The position numbers were made by a program, and so were the translations under genes. The notes beneath the pieces were generated by a model that saw only the letters and a program-made list of their open reading frames with translations, was not told where the DNA came from and did no database searches. A stretch of DNA of 64,000 nucleotides, from contig NC_045707.1 of the NCBI RefSeq assembly GCF_009834535.1, positions 51,524,001-51,588,000 on the forward strand, written 5' to 3'. This stretch comes from Camelus ferus (taxonomy: Eukaryota). Positions within the stretch are counted from its first letter, which is position 1. Every line of letters begins with the position of its first letter. This document shows positions 51,269 to 64,000 of this stretch, in pieces.

Positions 51269-54200
51269 CTTCTTGATCCAGTCATCTGTTGATGGACATT
51301 TAGGTTGTTTCCATGTCTTGGCTGTTGTAAATAGTGCTGCCATGACCACTGGGCTACTTACATATTTCTAAATTATAGTTTCCTCCAGATATGCCCAGAA
51401 GTGGGATTGCTAGATCATAGGTAGGTCTATTTTCAGTTTTTTAAGGGATCTCCATACTGTTTTTCATAATGGCTGCACCAAACTAAATTCCCACCAACAG
51501 TGTAGGAGGGTTCCCTTTTCTCCACACCCTCTCCAGCATTTATGGACTTTTTAATGATGGCCATTCTGACTGGTGTGAGGTAATATCTCACATTGCAGTA
51601 GTTTTAATTTGCATTTCTCTGATAATTAGCAATATTGAACCTTTTTTCACGTGTCTATTGGTCATTTGTATGTCTTCATTGGAGAAGTGTTTGTTTAGGA
51701 CTTCTGCCCAAGAAGATCTAGACAAGGATGCCCATTCTCACCACTTCTATTCAAAATAGTATTAGAAGTCCTAGCCACAGCCATCAGGCAAGAAAAAGAA
51801 ATAAAAGGGATCCAAATTGTAAGAGAAGAGGTAAAATTGGTGCAATATGCAGATGACATGATACTATATATACAGAAAACCCTAAAGATTCCACACAAAA
51901 ACTACTAGAGGTGGTAAACAAATTTAGCAAGATATCATGTTACAAGGTAAACATACTGAAATCTGTTGTTTTTCTTTACTAACAATGAAATATCAGAAAA
52001 GGAAAGTAAAAAAACAATCTCTTTTAAAATTGTGTTAAAAAGAATAAAATACTTAGGAAAAAAACCTGACTAAGGAGGTGAAAGACTTATATGCAGAGAA
52101 CTATAAAACATTGATTAAGAAAGTTAAAGATGATTTAAAGAAATGGAAATATATCCCATGCTCTTGGGTTGGAAGAATTAATGTTATTAAAATGGCCATA
52201 CTACCCAAAGCAATCAGCAGATTTAATGTGATCCCTATCAAATTACCCAGGACATTTTTCAAAGAGCAAGTATTCCTAAAATTTATGTGGAATCACAAAA
52301 GGCCCAGAATTACCAAAGCAATACTGAAGAAAAAGAACAAGTCTGGGTAAATAACCCTCCCAGACTTCAGACAATACTGTGGAGCTACAATAATCAAAAC
52401 AGCATAGTATTGGCACAAAAACAGGCATATGGATCAATGGAAGTAAACCCACAGGCATACAGTCAATTAATCTTCAACAAAGGAGGCAAGAATATACAAT
52501 GAAGAAAAGACAGTCTCTTCAGCAAGTGGTGATGGGAAAACTGGACAGCCACATGTAAATCAGAGACATCAGAACACTCCTTCACACCATGCATAAAAAT
52601 GAATTCAAAATGACTTAAAGACTTAAACATAAGACAAGACACTATAAACCTAGAAGAAAACATAGGCAAAACATTTTCTGACATAAGTCTTAGCAGTGTT
52701 TTCCTAGGGCAGTCTACCCAGGCAATAGAAATAAAAACAAAAATAGACAAATGGGATCTAATTAAACTTACAAGCTTTTGCCCAGTAAAGGAAGTCATAA
52801 ATAAAACAAAAAGACAACCTACAGAATGGGAGAATGTATGTGCAAATGATGTGACTGACAAGGGCTTAATTGCCAGAATATACAAACAGTTCATATAGCT
52901 CAATAACAAAAAAAAAAAACAAGCAACCTGATTCAAAAATTGGTTAAGTTGTTTTTGATGAGGTTATGGGTTAACTATTCTGATACTGCTATACATGTAT
53001 GTTTGAACTGAAAAATTACGTAAATAGATGGCAGTTTCATTTTACCTGGCTCCCATCTGAGATCTAGGTTTCTTTGTTATAGTAGGAACTTATAAGTAAT
53101 CAAGGGAAGGAGGCTAGAGTGATCAATGTGATAATGGATTAGAGTAATAAGATCTTGTATTTCCCTTAATATAAAGATGGTTTACATATAGAAATATTTA
53201 CAGATGTGTATGTCTGTGTAGGTACCTATATTTCTTTACTCTGTCAGCTGAGATAGACTAAAGGAAATGACACTCCAGTATCAGTGAGCACACCTAGTAC
53301 CCAGATCTTCATTTCTAGTACTATTCTCCATTAAAAGAAATCAGAGATTTTTATAGAAATGGCTAATTCTAAAATAGGGCAGGAAATATACCATATAAGA
53401 ATGAAGCATCTTGTAGTTCCAGAAGTAGGAAAGTGCTCAAATAAAAGCAAACAAACAAACAAACAAAAACTCATTGCTGGGATATGTTAAAGGAGGATTG
53501 GAGCCACATGAAAGAACTCTTGGTGTGGTCAAAGATGAAACAATTTGAGCAACAAAATAAATAGATGGTATTGTATTAAAATTCAAAAATAAAATGAATA
53601 TTCACTAATCAAGACCTGTATAAACAAATGGCTGAGTAAATAAATACATGTAGAAGATAAAAATATTTTGTACAGAAGAATCGTAAATAAATGCTGTAGA
53701 TACCCCACCCTAAAGAGGAGAGAGTATAATTTCTACTCCTTAAGTGCAATCTGTGCATAGTGATTTCCTTGCAAAGAATAGAATGTGAAAAAGGAAAGAA
53801 ATACATAACTTTATAATGGAGAAACCTGACAAACTCCACTTTAACTGGGTGATCAAGGTCAACCTTAAAAGTCATAAATAATATTGATAGCATGCATCTT
53901 TGAGATGATATGATGAAAATGGTATTTTATCTCTGTGATCTCTCTCTTAAAAGACTTCCTCTAATCATGAAAAAAATAAAAAAATTCCAGTAGAGTGGCA
54001 TCTTATATAATATACCTGACCGGTGCCTCTTCAAAACCATCAAGGTCACCAAAAATAAGTCTGAGAAAATGTCACAGCCAAGGAACCTAAGAACATATGG
54101 AAACTAAATGTATTACAATAGCTTGGATGGAATCTTGGAACAGAAAAAGGAAATAAGTTAAAAAAAAATAAGGAAATTTGAATAAACTATAAACTTTAGT

Positions 54201-54335
54201 TAATAATACGGCATCAATATTGATTCATTAATTCTTACAACTATATCACACTTATAGGGGAAATTGTGTGTGGCTGTGGGTATAATATGGGGACTCTAAT
54301 CAATTTTTCTGTAAATCTAAAAGTGTTAAAAGAGA
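50360..54335 (+). mobile_element. Old L1MC/L1MD-type 3' region, interrupted by a younger L1
   Basis: gtgaaacaattctgtatgat..., ggagaaacctgacaaactccactttaactgggtgatcaaggtcaac, and a terminal tttttctgtaaatctaaaa. Confidence 0.75.
50680..52939 (-). mobile_element. Camelid L1, 5'-inverted (twin-primed), ~2.3 kb
   Basis: Minus-strand 3'UTR/ORF2 end at 50680-51710, plus-strand ORF2 at 51711-52939 ([11 protein letters not shown] 52078-52350 [24 protein letters not shown]). TSD ttggt(a/t)aagtt(t/g)tttt at ~50671 and ~52940. (TA)n(CA)n at 51160-51268. Confidence 0.92.
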
Positions 54336-54641
54336 TAAAGTATAGTAATAAAAATAGATTGAGTAATATTAAGAATTTCCATTTTAATATTTTTAATTTG
54401 TAATTCATTTCAGTGTCCTGAGAGAGTTTATACAAGCACTTAAAGTTTGTAACTAACTTACTGAAAGTTTTCCTGTGGTAGATGATTTCTTGCTTCGTAT
54501 TTATAAGGTATATAAATGACTAATGTGTTTAACATCTAGGCAGGCTGCAACTCCACAAATTTGGAAACTTTGCTATTGGAAATTACTATGGGAAAACATA
54601 TAAATATTTTAGTTGTTATTGAAATAATTTTATAAGATGAA

Positions 54642-54711
54642 AATTTGTGTAGTAATAATGGAAAACTCTTTTCAGGGAATTTTGTGTAGTATTAATGGAA
54701 TACTCTTTTCA
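54642..54711. repeat. Short tandem duplication, period ~37 bp
   Basis: ttgtgtagta(a/t)taatggaa(a/t)actcttttca occurs twice. Confidence 0.85.
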
Positions 54712-54794
54712 ATCTGGGATTTTTTTGATAGGCCCCTTGCTCTTATTCTCTCTTACAGTAATGACACTTCCATCACACAGGCTGTGTACAATGG

Positions 54795-55000
54795 AAGACC
54801 ACGTGCATTTTGAATTCTAAGAGAACAGAGTTTAAATCCTGGCTCATATTATTTAACTCTGCGACTGTAGGTGAATAACCTACCCTCTCTGTGCCTCAGT
54901 TTGCAAACTGATAAATTGGTACTGATAGTGCTATCTACCTGGTCAGATGCTGCGTATGCCTCCATAAAGTATTACATGAAGCTTAGGACAATACTTGAAT
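54795..55000 (+). mobile_element. MIR SINE
   Basis: gagtttaaatcctggctc...gtgaataacctaccctctctgtgcctcagttt. Confidence 0.75.
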
Positions 55001-57189
55001 CTTACAGCGTTAACCTGAAGATTTTTTTTTTCCTGAGAAACTGAGTAGATGCAGTTGAGAATAAACATGGAGATTATAGTTTGGAAAGATCGAGGAAGGA
55101 GTTAAAACATCTCAAGATCTTAATAAACCTTGTGGCGTCTGGCCTCTATTATCCTCTGCAGTCCTCCACTCCAGCAAGCCACATTTCTGCAGTCCAGGAC
55201 CCCCATGATTGCTAAACTCCCTCTTAAAACAAGTCCTTCCACCTACAGTCTTATCTTCCTGGAATGCTAAGTGGACACACATATGCGTGTGAACACATAC
55301 CAGCACATACATACATGCACACACTTTTGCTTAATTAACTCCTAATTGGTCTGTGTGTCACATTCTCAAAAATAACTTCTCTGATATCTCTAAGTCAGTT
55401 TTCTATTATATACTTTCATAATACTCTGTATCTTACCTTTGTGGATCATTTAACAGTTTCATATTTCAGTTGTTTTGTGTGATTGATTAAATGTCCATCT
55501 CTCACACTACTATGAAAACGTCTTTGAGGCAGTAACTCTATCTTGTTTTGTGCTCTTACATATGCCCTAGTGTCTCATCACTGCAAGGCACATAATAAAT
55601 CCAGGATAAGCAATTGTGATATGAATGAAAAGTCCATTTGCTTCATCGAACTGAAACAACTATGAAACAGGTGGAAAGGAAGGAGAAACAGGTAGAGTAT
55701 TTCTTTAGACTTTGTTGTCCATTCTTTTCCAGAATGGACTGATATTAAATGGAAATAAAATGCCCCCCACCCCCAGACTTAATGCCATCAGTTCCTAGAG
55801 CAAGTAGAAGATTGACTTTTCTGTTGACTTTTATAATTAATTTATGATTAATCCAGATTTCTTTCCAGAGCAAAATGACTCAAAAAGTGATCTTAAGACA
55901 GCTACTCTGCTATATATTTCTGGGCACTGTAAATTTTAAATGGAACCTGTGTACTGTATTACATATGAAAGATATTCCAAACATAGAGCCAGAGCACTAA
56001 TCCACAAAAAAAAAGAATCAAATGAATGCCACCTAACAATTTGTATTATATGACATTTTTGCATTTTTTCTTTAGCTGTTTTAAAGATCATCCCATAGTC
56101 AAATCAATAAACATGTTTGAAATCTTTTAATAACCCTCTGTATGGAATAGCATTAGGACATTCAGTCTTGGGAAATGCTATTGTAATTAAGGTTGCTTTA
56201 AGTCAAATGGAGTTCAAAGGAGATTGATTTTAAGCTTTGAAAATCCCATGACATCTAGTACCGTGGCATGCATCCTAAAGCTAAACTAATTATTTGATGA
56301 CAATTTCACTATTGAAGATTATTTCACTTAATTGTTCCCACTTTGCCTCTTTGGGGACTCTACTATCTGAAACAAAGCCAGAGATGTCTTTTTTTTTTTC
56401 CCCTCAAGTCAACTGGACCTACTCTTTGAAGTGAATCAGCTGACCAACTATGGCTCCTTTAGTTATAATTAATTTGAATATTTTAATTGTTAGAGTTACT
56501 ATTATTATTTTAGAAAATTCACTTTATAAACAGAATTTAAACATCCTGTATTAGTTAGCATACTGACACAGTGTATATTATAGGATCCATGACAACAAAA
56601 AAACAAAAATATAAAACAAATCTCAGGGGTTTAGTTCTCACTTCTTTGGTGTTCAGTGTGAGCCTCAGCATCTCTGCAGAAGAGTGGTTATCCCTGTGAT
56701 GGTTCATTATACAGCCTATGTCGCGTATGTAGTCAGGAAAGATACACCGGAAGTTGAACAAAAACAAATTATTGCACACAATTATCAAACATAAATCCCA
56801 CTCATTTAATTGCTCAGAGCAAGTCATGTTGCCATGTCTTTACGGGTAAGAGGGTATAATTCTCTCATCTGTCCAGAAGTAGAGAGAAATGAGATACCAG
56901 TGAATTTTGGCAATATATGCCACATATTCCAAGCAATGAAAAATAGAAATTTGATTCCTCTCTTTCTCCTTCCTGGTTTAGGTGGACTCCACAGAGTGAC
57001 TATTGAAGTCATTTTCTTGATGTCTTTTCTAGTCATAGGTTTGATTAAAGGCATCTGACAATAAGCATATTTTCTACTCTTGTGACCATCATGTTTAGCA
57101 ACTGGAGAATTAATGATTGCATCCTGCATATTTATTTCTCATTTTTGACTGGTGGTTCTTTGTGTTTATTAGAATCCTCTTGAGAAACA

Positions 57190-57310
57190 TTCCCAGTAAT
57201 TCTTAAGGTGGAGATCTAGGTTGTGGTTTGGGAATTTGTATTTTAAATCACCCTTAAGGAGTCTAATCAAAGTTGTTCATAAGTGATACTTTGAGGAACA
57301 CTAATCTAGC
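57190..57310. mobile_element. MER5A-like fragment
   Basis: tctaggttgtggtttgggaatttgtattttaaatcaccc...actttgaggaacactaatctag. Confidence 0.6.
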
Positions 57311-57489
57311 TGACATGAAATTCTCATGTGCTTACTCAGTTGAAAGTTAATTTCAGCTGTACTTTTTCATCCCACATGATGATTAAGGGTTTTAATTAAA
57401 AATAGGCGTGGAGACGCCCATAACTGCATCAGTTGCTTTTCCCCTAATAGCAAAGCAGAGGTAAAAAACAAACAAACAAACAAACAACA

Positions 57490-58620
57490 GGATTTGGAGC
57501 CTTGCAGATCTGGATTTGAATCATGGTTATTCTACTAACTGGACATGTGACATTGAGAAAGATATTAACCTTTCTAACTTGCAGTATCTCTCATGTTTGA
57601 AAGGAGATTATAGTGTCTATCATAGACTTCTGAAGAGAATCTAATAAGTTATAATTGTAAAACAATTGGCAAATCAATATTAGTCATCCCATTCAACATT
57701 TGTATGCTGCCAAATTACCAGATACTGCATTAAATACTGCAGGAAAATACATGTTGGAAAAAGAATTCCAGAATTTAAAGCCCTGTTAAAGATAAAGGTA
57801 CACAGAAACGTGAGAGTTATGTTATTAGATTATGATGTATTAAAAGACAGATTAACTTGTCTGAGGCCACAGGGTTAAGAATTAGATCTGAGTGTGAATT
57901 TAAGTGCTGGCAGTTCGACTCCATGACGCTAAACAGAGAAGAAAGGCTGCACGTATATGCTAGGAATATTTTCTTTTCTTGAAAACTGTGGTGAACCACT
58001 GAAAGAATTTAAGAAGAGTGCTGTTATCAGATTTCAATTTTATGAAGAACATCCTGAAAGCAGAAAAGATGGCTTTTGTTTTGTTTAGATTTGTTTTAAG
58101 GGAAGAAATTCTTGAGTCAAGGAGAGCTGTTAAAAGGCTATTGCAGCAATCCACACTGAGAAAAGAAGAGACTATACTAAGGTAGTGATGACTGGGAGAA
58201 AAAATATTTAAAAAGTAATAAACAATCTAGATCTATAGAACTAAATAAGTAATTACATATAGGTTTTTAGGAAGAATAAACATTCAAACTTGGCTCCCCA
58301 ATTTTATTTCTTGGTGGTTGGATCATTGTTTTTCACATTCACCATGGATGAGGAAACTACTGGAGAGCATCAAAGGATGAAGGGAAAGTGATGATGCATT
58401 CATATTTGGATATGTTGAGTCTGAGATTTGGTATAACATACACACCGTACCAGTACATACACAGCTGTGTGATACCAATTCTGGACCCCAGAGAGGACAA
58501 TTTGGACTAAAGATAGAAAAGGATGTCATTAGCATGGATGATGAAACTATTTATTTAAATATACTTGTTAATGGATAGTGAGTAGAGATGAAAAGGCAAA
58601 GTGTTAACAGTAAACATCCA
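57490..58620. mobile_element. MIR (57490-57680) followed by minus-strand L2 fragments
   Basis: ttggagccttgcagatctggatttgaatc is MIR-like; gaaccactgaaagaatttaagaagag...ggctattgcagcaatcca is L2-like. Confidence 0.6.
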
Positions 58621-61600
58621 ACTTGTATATTAGAATAAGTGAAGTGATAAAACCTGGGCAAAGACAAATACTAATACCAGGTAAAATAAGCTGTATATTC
58701 ACAGTATTAAAGGCCCTATGTTGCGTCCTTAATATGAAAAACCTCTTTTATATTTATTTCAGATTTATGCAGTTTTATAACCATTTATTAGAAAGGAAGT
58801 AGAGTCTTCACATTGAGAAACTTTCTAAATGTCACATTTCTAAAAAACGAAGAAGTTAGAGTTCAATTTCAAACATTCTTGACCTGTGTGATGTCCTGTT
58901 AACCACTAGGATTTCTGCTTCCAACAAATGATCACAGAAGGGAGTGAGGAAAAATAGGAACTGCAAAGATTTAGAGTAAACAGAAATTAAATATCTGCAA
59001 ATCTTAAAAAGAGATTTGAAGTACAGTGGTGGGGCTTTGAAGTTAGGTAAAGGATAGGCAGTTGTAGCTTGAAAGTCGAATGATGTATGTTTAAGACTTA
59101 AGAGATAGAGCTGTTAAGGAAACGAGAAAATTCAGGGTGTAATATTGGGAGTGAGTGGCTGAAGCGAAACAGATGTGAAGATCAATAAAGAATGAAAAAG
59201 AACTGTGAGTCTGTGTTACAAAGGCCACATGCACAGAATTGAGGGCAGTGCAGATGCTAAGTTTCTCGGGGAGAGATGTTTGATGTCAGGGTTAACATCT
59301 TCAAAGAATTGGAGGGAAGGCCGTATCTGTGAGGCGTAGACGTAACACAGATGAGGAACATCATTATGTGATGTATTTACTGAATATTCAAACTTCGCCC
59401 TTTTAAATCTCATTTAACTGCTTAAGCAGTATTACTCATTTTTCAAATTCTTGCAGGGCAAGAAAAACTGGAGAACTGCCAAAGAAGTCACATTGATTCT
59501 CCTTTGTGTTTGATTCTGTAGTTTTCCTCTCCAACATTCTCAGCCTTTGTTGATCTTCTGCTTTTGAGAAGCTTATGCAACTCTAGAGTTATCTGTCTAA
59601 CCTGACCTTGGGGTGTTTAATCCACAGGCTTTATTTAATATGCTCTAACTCAAGCCTAATCTTTACTACATCACTATAGACTTCCAGCTGCCCTACTGAC
59701 CCGATTCACTGCATTCTGGCCACTTTCTGGCCCTTTGGTCTCCTAGGTCCCGACCTTGCACATCTTCCTGACACTTTTGTATGGCCCTTGGTTGCCTAAG
59801 CGTGATGTGAATGAACATTCCATCTGTTTTTCTGGCTAAGAGAGAGAGAGATCTACTTACTCTGGGTTAGAAGAAGACTCTACAAAGGCAGCCTCTACTA
59901 TACTGTAAGACTAAAACATTTTATAAAGTACCAACTAAGCCATATATGATTTAAGTCTTGTCCCCTAATTTTTTTTTCTTAGATAGATTTATTGATATAC
60001 TAGAGAGGATAAACAGCTCCGATTTATCATGAGAGAATTTTGGATTTGCAGCTTAGTGGGGCTTTGACTTTATAAGCTTCTTTCATTATGAAATTAATTA
60101 TTTAAATAATTACAACAATGTAAATGCACCGTCATCTTGAAATAGAACCCAATTTACTTCCTGCTAGTCCCCTAAGGGGCCTTTTTCTGTGGTTCACTGT
60201 AACCATGTCATCGCTTCAGTTCACCAGTTTGCATTTCCTGCTTTATGGATTAAGCACCGCAGGAATTACAATGTTCGACTACTTTTGATTCTCCTTCTTC
60301 TCTTGTGCCATGTTAGTATTTTATCAAAAACTGACAAGTGTTGGTGGGAGGCAGGAGGTGAGAACAGCATGTCTGCGGAGTAATTCAGGTTAAATATATG
60401 TACATTTAATTATTTACCCTTGGATTTACATGTTGTAATTTGGCGTTCTGGAAAGGCATTAGGATCTCAGTTTATTGCTAACAGCATGGCACTTGGGTTT
60501 TCAAAGAAGAGTTGATATGAGGCTAATGAGATTTAGTACCAGATATTTGGCTTTGCCTTAAATTGCCTTCTTCACTCTCTCAGTAAGTTGTAAGATTTCA
60601 TTAAGTCCCTTATCTCAGGGATATTGCTTTAAACTGAGACCCTTAATGCTACTGAGTGATTAAAGCACTAAGTTTTGAAATGTATAGCAAGATTCTTATT
60701 AAAACCTTGGAAGAGACAGAGCAAGGTAAGTACTTGATTATATGTGTGTATGTGTGTGTGTGTGTAGTTTAAAAGAAAAAAAAAAGGAGCATGATAAATA
60801 AAGAAGGAAACATACTTCCAAAGACTTAGTTATATGGAATATAGATAAACAAAAATGTAGCCACTTAGGAGCCAATCAAAATATGTGATATTTAATAACC
60901 ACAGGGAAAGGTAAAACCATGATCAACTATTCTTCATGAACTTCTTAAAATAGTTTAGGTCGTCAGACTAAGTATGATCTAATACACCTGAGGACTACTG
61001 AAGTTATGGAGTAGATTATCATAGGGGGAAGGAATATGCTTGGAAATGTTCACAATTTTGCCAAGAAAATGATGGCTTTGTTGTGGTTCCACATTGGTGC
61101 AACCCAGAAGTTCAGACTAAAATTCCTAAGAGTTGAGATAGTTTAGCAGTGGAAAGGTAGAGTCTGAAATGGAATGCTCAAAGACATGAAAGTAAGCCTT
61201 GCTTAATTTTTAACAATTTTGGCCACATTTGTAGTTTTCTTCAGAGATATTTATGTAGCACAAATAACATGAATTCACGTGATATTTGACTCTTAGAGAA
61301 ACACAGAAAGATACCTTTTCATCCACGGGGTATCATAGTTCCCTAGAAGCTAAGGTAGCTGGTAAATCCACGAATGATAAGAAACACAAAAAGAATAGGG
61401 AATTGGGAAAAACAAATAGAACATAATTTTATCATAAAATATCTTCTCAACCTCCACATGCCCTAAGTGTCTTTCATGTTTAGCTTTTGTGCCTCTCTGC
61501 AACATTCTGCATGATATCTCAGTATCAACTTCCAGTTCAGTAATTCTCTCCCTGTAGGTCTACTTATGGGTGTATATCATCTATTGAATCTTTTTTTTTT

Positions 61601-62289
61601 TAATTAAAGTTTCCATATTTTTATTTCTAACACTTTAATTGTCTTTACCACACTTATTTTTCTGCTTGTTCTATTTCTATTTTCGGTTCATATTGTTCAG
61701 TGTAACTTACATCTTTATTTAAATTTTCAACATGGAAAACATGCTAATTTAAAAGTGTTTGTTCAACTGCTTTATAAAATTAACTGGACCTGGAGAGAGT
61801 TTATTTCTGATTTTGTTGTTGTTGTTAGCTGTATTTTGAGGTATTGTATGTCTTTATGTGCTATTGAATTTTATACTTCACACATTTTTTATTCTCTCAT
61901 TCTATCTCTCTCTGATTCTCTCTCTCTGTCTCCTTTCTCTTTCTCTTCTGTGCAGTTTTTCTGTCAAACAGTTTTACCGTTGACTTAACCAGGACTAGCT
62001 TCTTATTCAAGGACCAGGTTATAGTGGTCATTGTTTGTTCAATATTTACAGCTTTGAAGCAAATCAAATCAGAGTGCAGTAAGATCGCTTGGCATGTTTC
62101 TTGGTCCTGAGTCTGTGTAGGTGACTTGTTACTTGTCCAAGCTTACAATTTTTTATAGGCCATAGTTTCAAGCCTCCTTCCAAAATGGTAGGATCCCAAA
62201 CCAGTCCCTAGCTTCATGCAGGGATCTTAGTTTTGCACCGCCTCCCGCCCCGACCTTCTTGAAAGCACACTTTTAGTTGGCTTTACATC

Positions 62290-64000
62290 ATTACAAATCC
62301 AAACCAAATGTTATTGCTGACTTCCAAACTTTTAGACAAAAGTCATCAAGTAGACCTAGGGAGGAAGATTTCAGAAAGACGACGGGATCAAACCATAAGG
62401 AAGATAAATTGATACAAAACCTGCATGCACCCTATAGGAGAGCTTCAAAATATACAAATCAAAATTTCATAGAAGTAAGTCGACTAGATACCAACATTCA
62501 TAATCTGAAATTTTAATGTACCTCTTAGTAGCTGACAGAAGAATTAGAACAACAAGAAAAACAAACATCAATAAGCATACAAAAGGACAAAGGACAGTGA
62601 AATTCAATGAATTCATTCTAATTGAAATATATTGAACATTACACCCAACAATGATAGAAAATGCATTCTTTTCTGAGAATGCACTTGGAAAGTCATCAAG
62701 ATTGACCATATGTTGGTTCATAAAATAAGCCTCAACAAATTTCAGTGGATTGAAATAATTCAAAGCACGTTTTCACATTAAAATAAGCTAGAAAGTCGCC
62801 AGATCTACCAAATAATGCAACAATGAAAAACCAAAGTAAAAATTGGGAAGTATTTAAAATATGAATTATACTTAAATGTGTACTATTAAATCTTGTTAAG
62901 ATTCAGCCAAAACCAAAGGGCTCTGTAGAGAATTTTGAACCTTTAATTTATATTTTAGTAAAGAAAACAGCCTAAAAGTCAGTAAGAAATCTCCAATGTC
63001 AGAAAGAAATGAAAAACGAGTATCACTGCACATGTTAAAGATAATAAAAATCAAAAGTAATTCATGGCAATTAATTTGACAGTTTATATAAAGGAATCAA
63101 TTTCAAATACACAGCTTACAAAAATGATACAAGAAGAAAAGAAATAAATAGAAAATGGAAATAGTCTTATATTCATTTAAAAATTATATCTGAAATTAAA
63201 TACTTGGCTATGAAGAAAGCTCCAAGCACAGATAATTAATTCATTAATTGTTTTACACATACATTTAAGAAATAAATAGCATCAAAATATTCAAAGCAAA
63301 AATTATCAAAAATAAATGGAAAAATAGATAATTCCAAAGTTCACAGGTAAAGCTTCTAATATTGCTTTTTCAGAAATTGATAGAGCATAGAGTTTTTAAA
63401 AAAATCTATAAAGACATAGATAATCTGAGTAATACCATCAACCTTGTCCTAATTAATATTTGTAGGATGCTGTTATATCCAACAATTAGAAATTACACGT
63501 TTCTTGCAAGTCCTGAATATATAAGCCAGAAGATTAATTTGTACATATATCATTACATGATTGTTATATAGGAAACAATGTAATGAGGAAAAGTTGGACT
63601 TTTTTCTATAAATAATGCTGGATTAACTGAATATCCATATGGAAAAAGAAAAAATCTTGAAAAATATTTCAAACCGTATATACTTGCATGTAAATATGAA
63701 AGACAAACTATTAATGTTTCAAAGACAAAATGTAGGAGGATATTTTCACAAGTTTGACCCTAGATAAAGTTTTCTTGAACAAGATATTAACAGCATTAAC
63801 CATAAAAGACTAAATTGTAAAGTGAGCTATATTAAAATTAATAATTTTTGTTTATTAAAATATATTACTAAAGGGGTATAAAAACAAGCAACAGAATGGG
63901 AACAGATGTTAGCAGCACATATTTCAAACAAAAGACTTGACTCAGAACACGTAAAGAAATTCTATGAGTCTGTAAGAAAAAAGTAGAAAAAACAACTAAA
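62290..64000 (+). mobile_element. Old L1 (L1M/L1ME) ORF2 fragments
   Basis: Endonuclease-region and 3' ORF2 remnants (aagattgaccatatgttggttcataaaataagcctcaacaaattt; aataatgctggattaactgaatatccatatgg). Confidence 0.8.

Noticed and set aside
56555..57129. Overlapping minus-strand ORFs (101 and 90 aa) as host gene exons
   Set aside because: No recognisable protein similarity, the candidate acceptor lacks AG, and I cannot link them into a gene model.
1..64000. CRISPR arrays, operons or other prokaryotic systems; remaining short ORFs in the track
   Set aside because: The sequence is mammalian. The other ORFs are antisense or chance frames within L1, L2, LTR, Tigger or microsatellite sequence.

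Overview
AT-rich, repeat-dense mammalian genomic DNA. It is almost certainly camelid (camel/alpaca/llama), judged by tRNA-derived vic-1-type SINEs and camelid-type L1 3' ends. No host protein-coding gene can be supported. The main feature is a full-length but decayed endogenous retrovirus on the minus strand (4755-12436). It has two LTRs, a perfect 5-bp AAACT target-site duplication inside a split MIR, a degenerate tRNA-Ser-like PBS, and class III (spuma-related, ERV-S/ERV-L-like) gag, pro, RT (YIDD), RNase H and IN. It differs from textbook ERV-L/HERV-S in several ways: a strongly A-rich sense strand, a ~52-aa spacer before the IN zinc finger, no dUTPase, NPF repeats at the Gag C-terminus, a hydrophobic pre-gag reading frame, a duplicated PPT, and a ~1.2-kb env-like ORF with a coiled coil, Trp-rich segment and TM but no gamma-type ISD/CX6CC. 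The rest of the window holds a second, HERV16-like class III remnant, three ERV1-type solo LTRs, MLT1 LTRs (two complementary halves suggest a ~12-kb inversion), two 5'-inverted L1s, DNA transposon fossils, L2/MIR and microsatellites. Family names are assigned by eye from remembered consensus sequences, not from a database search.
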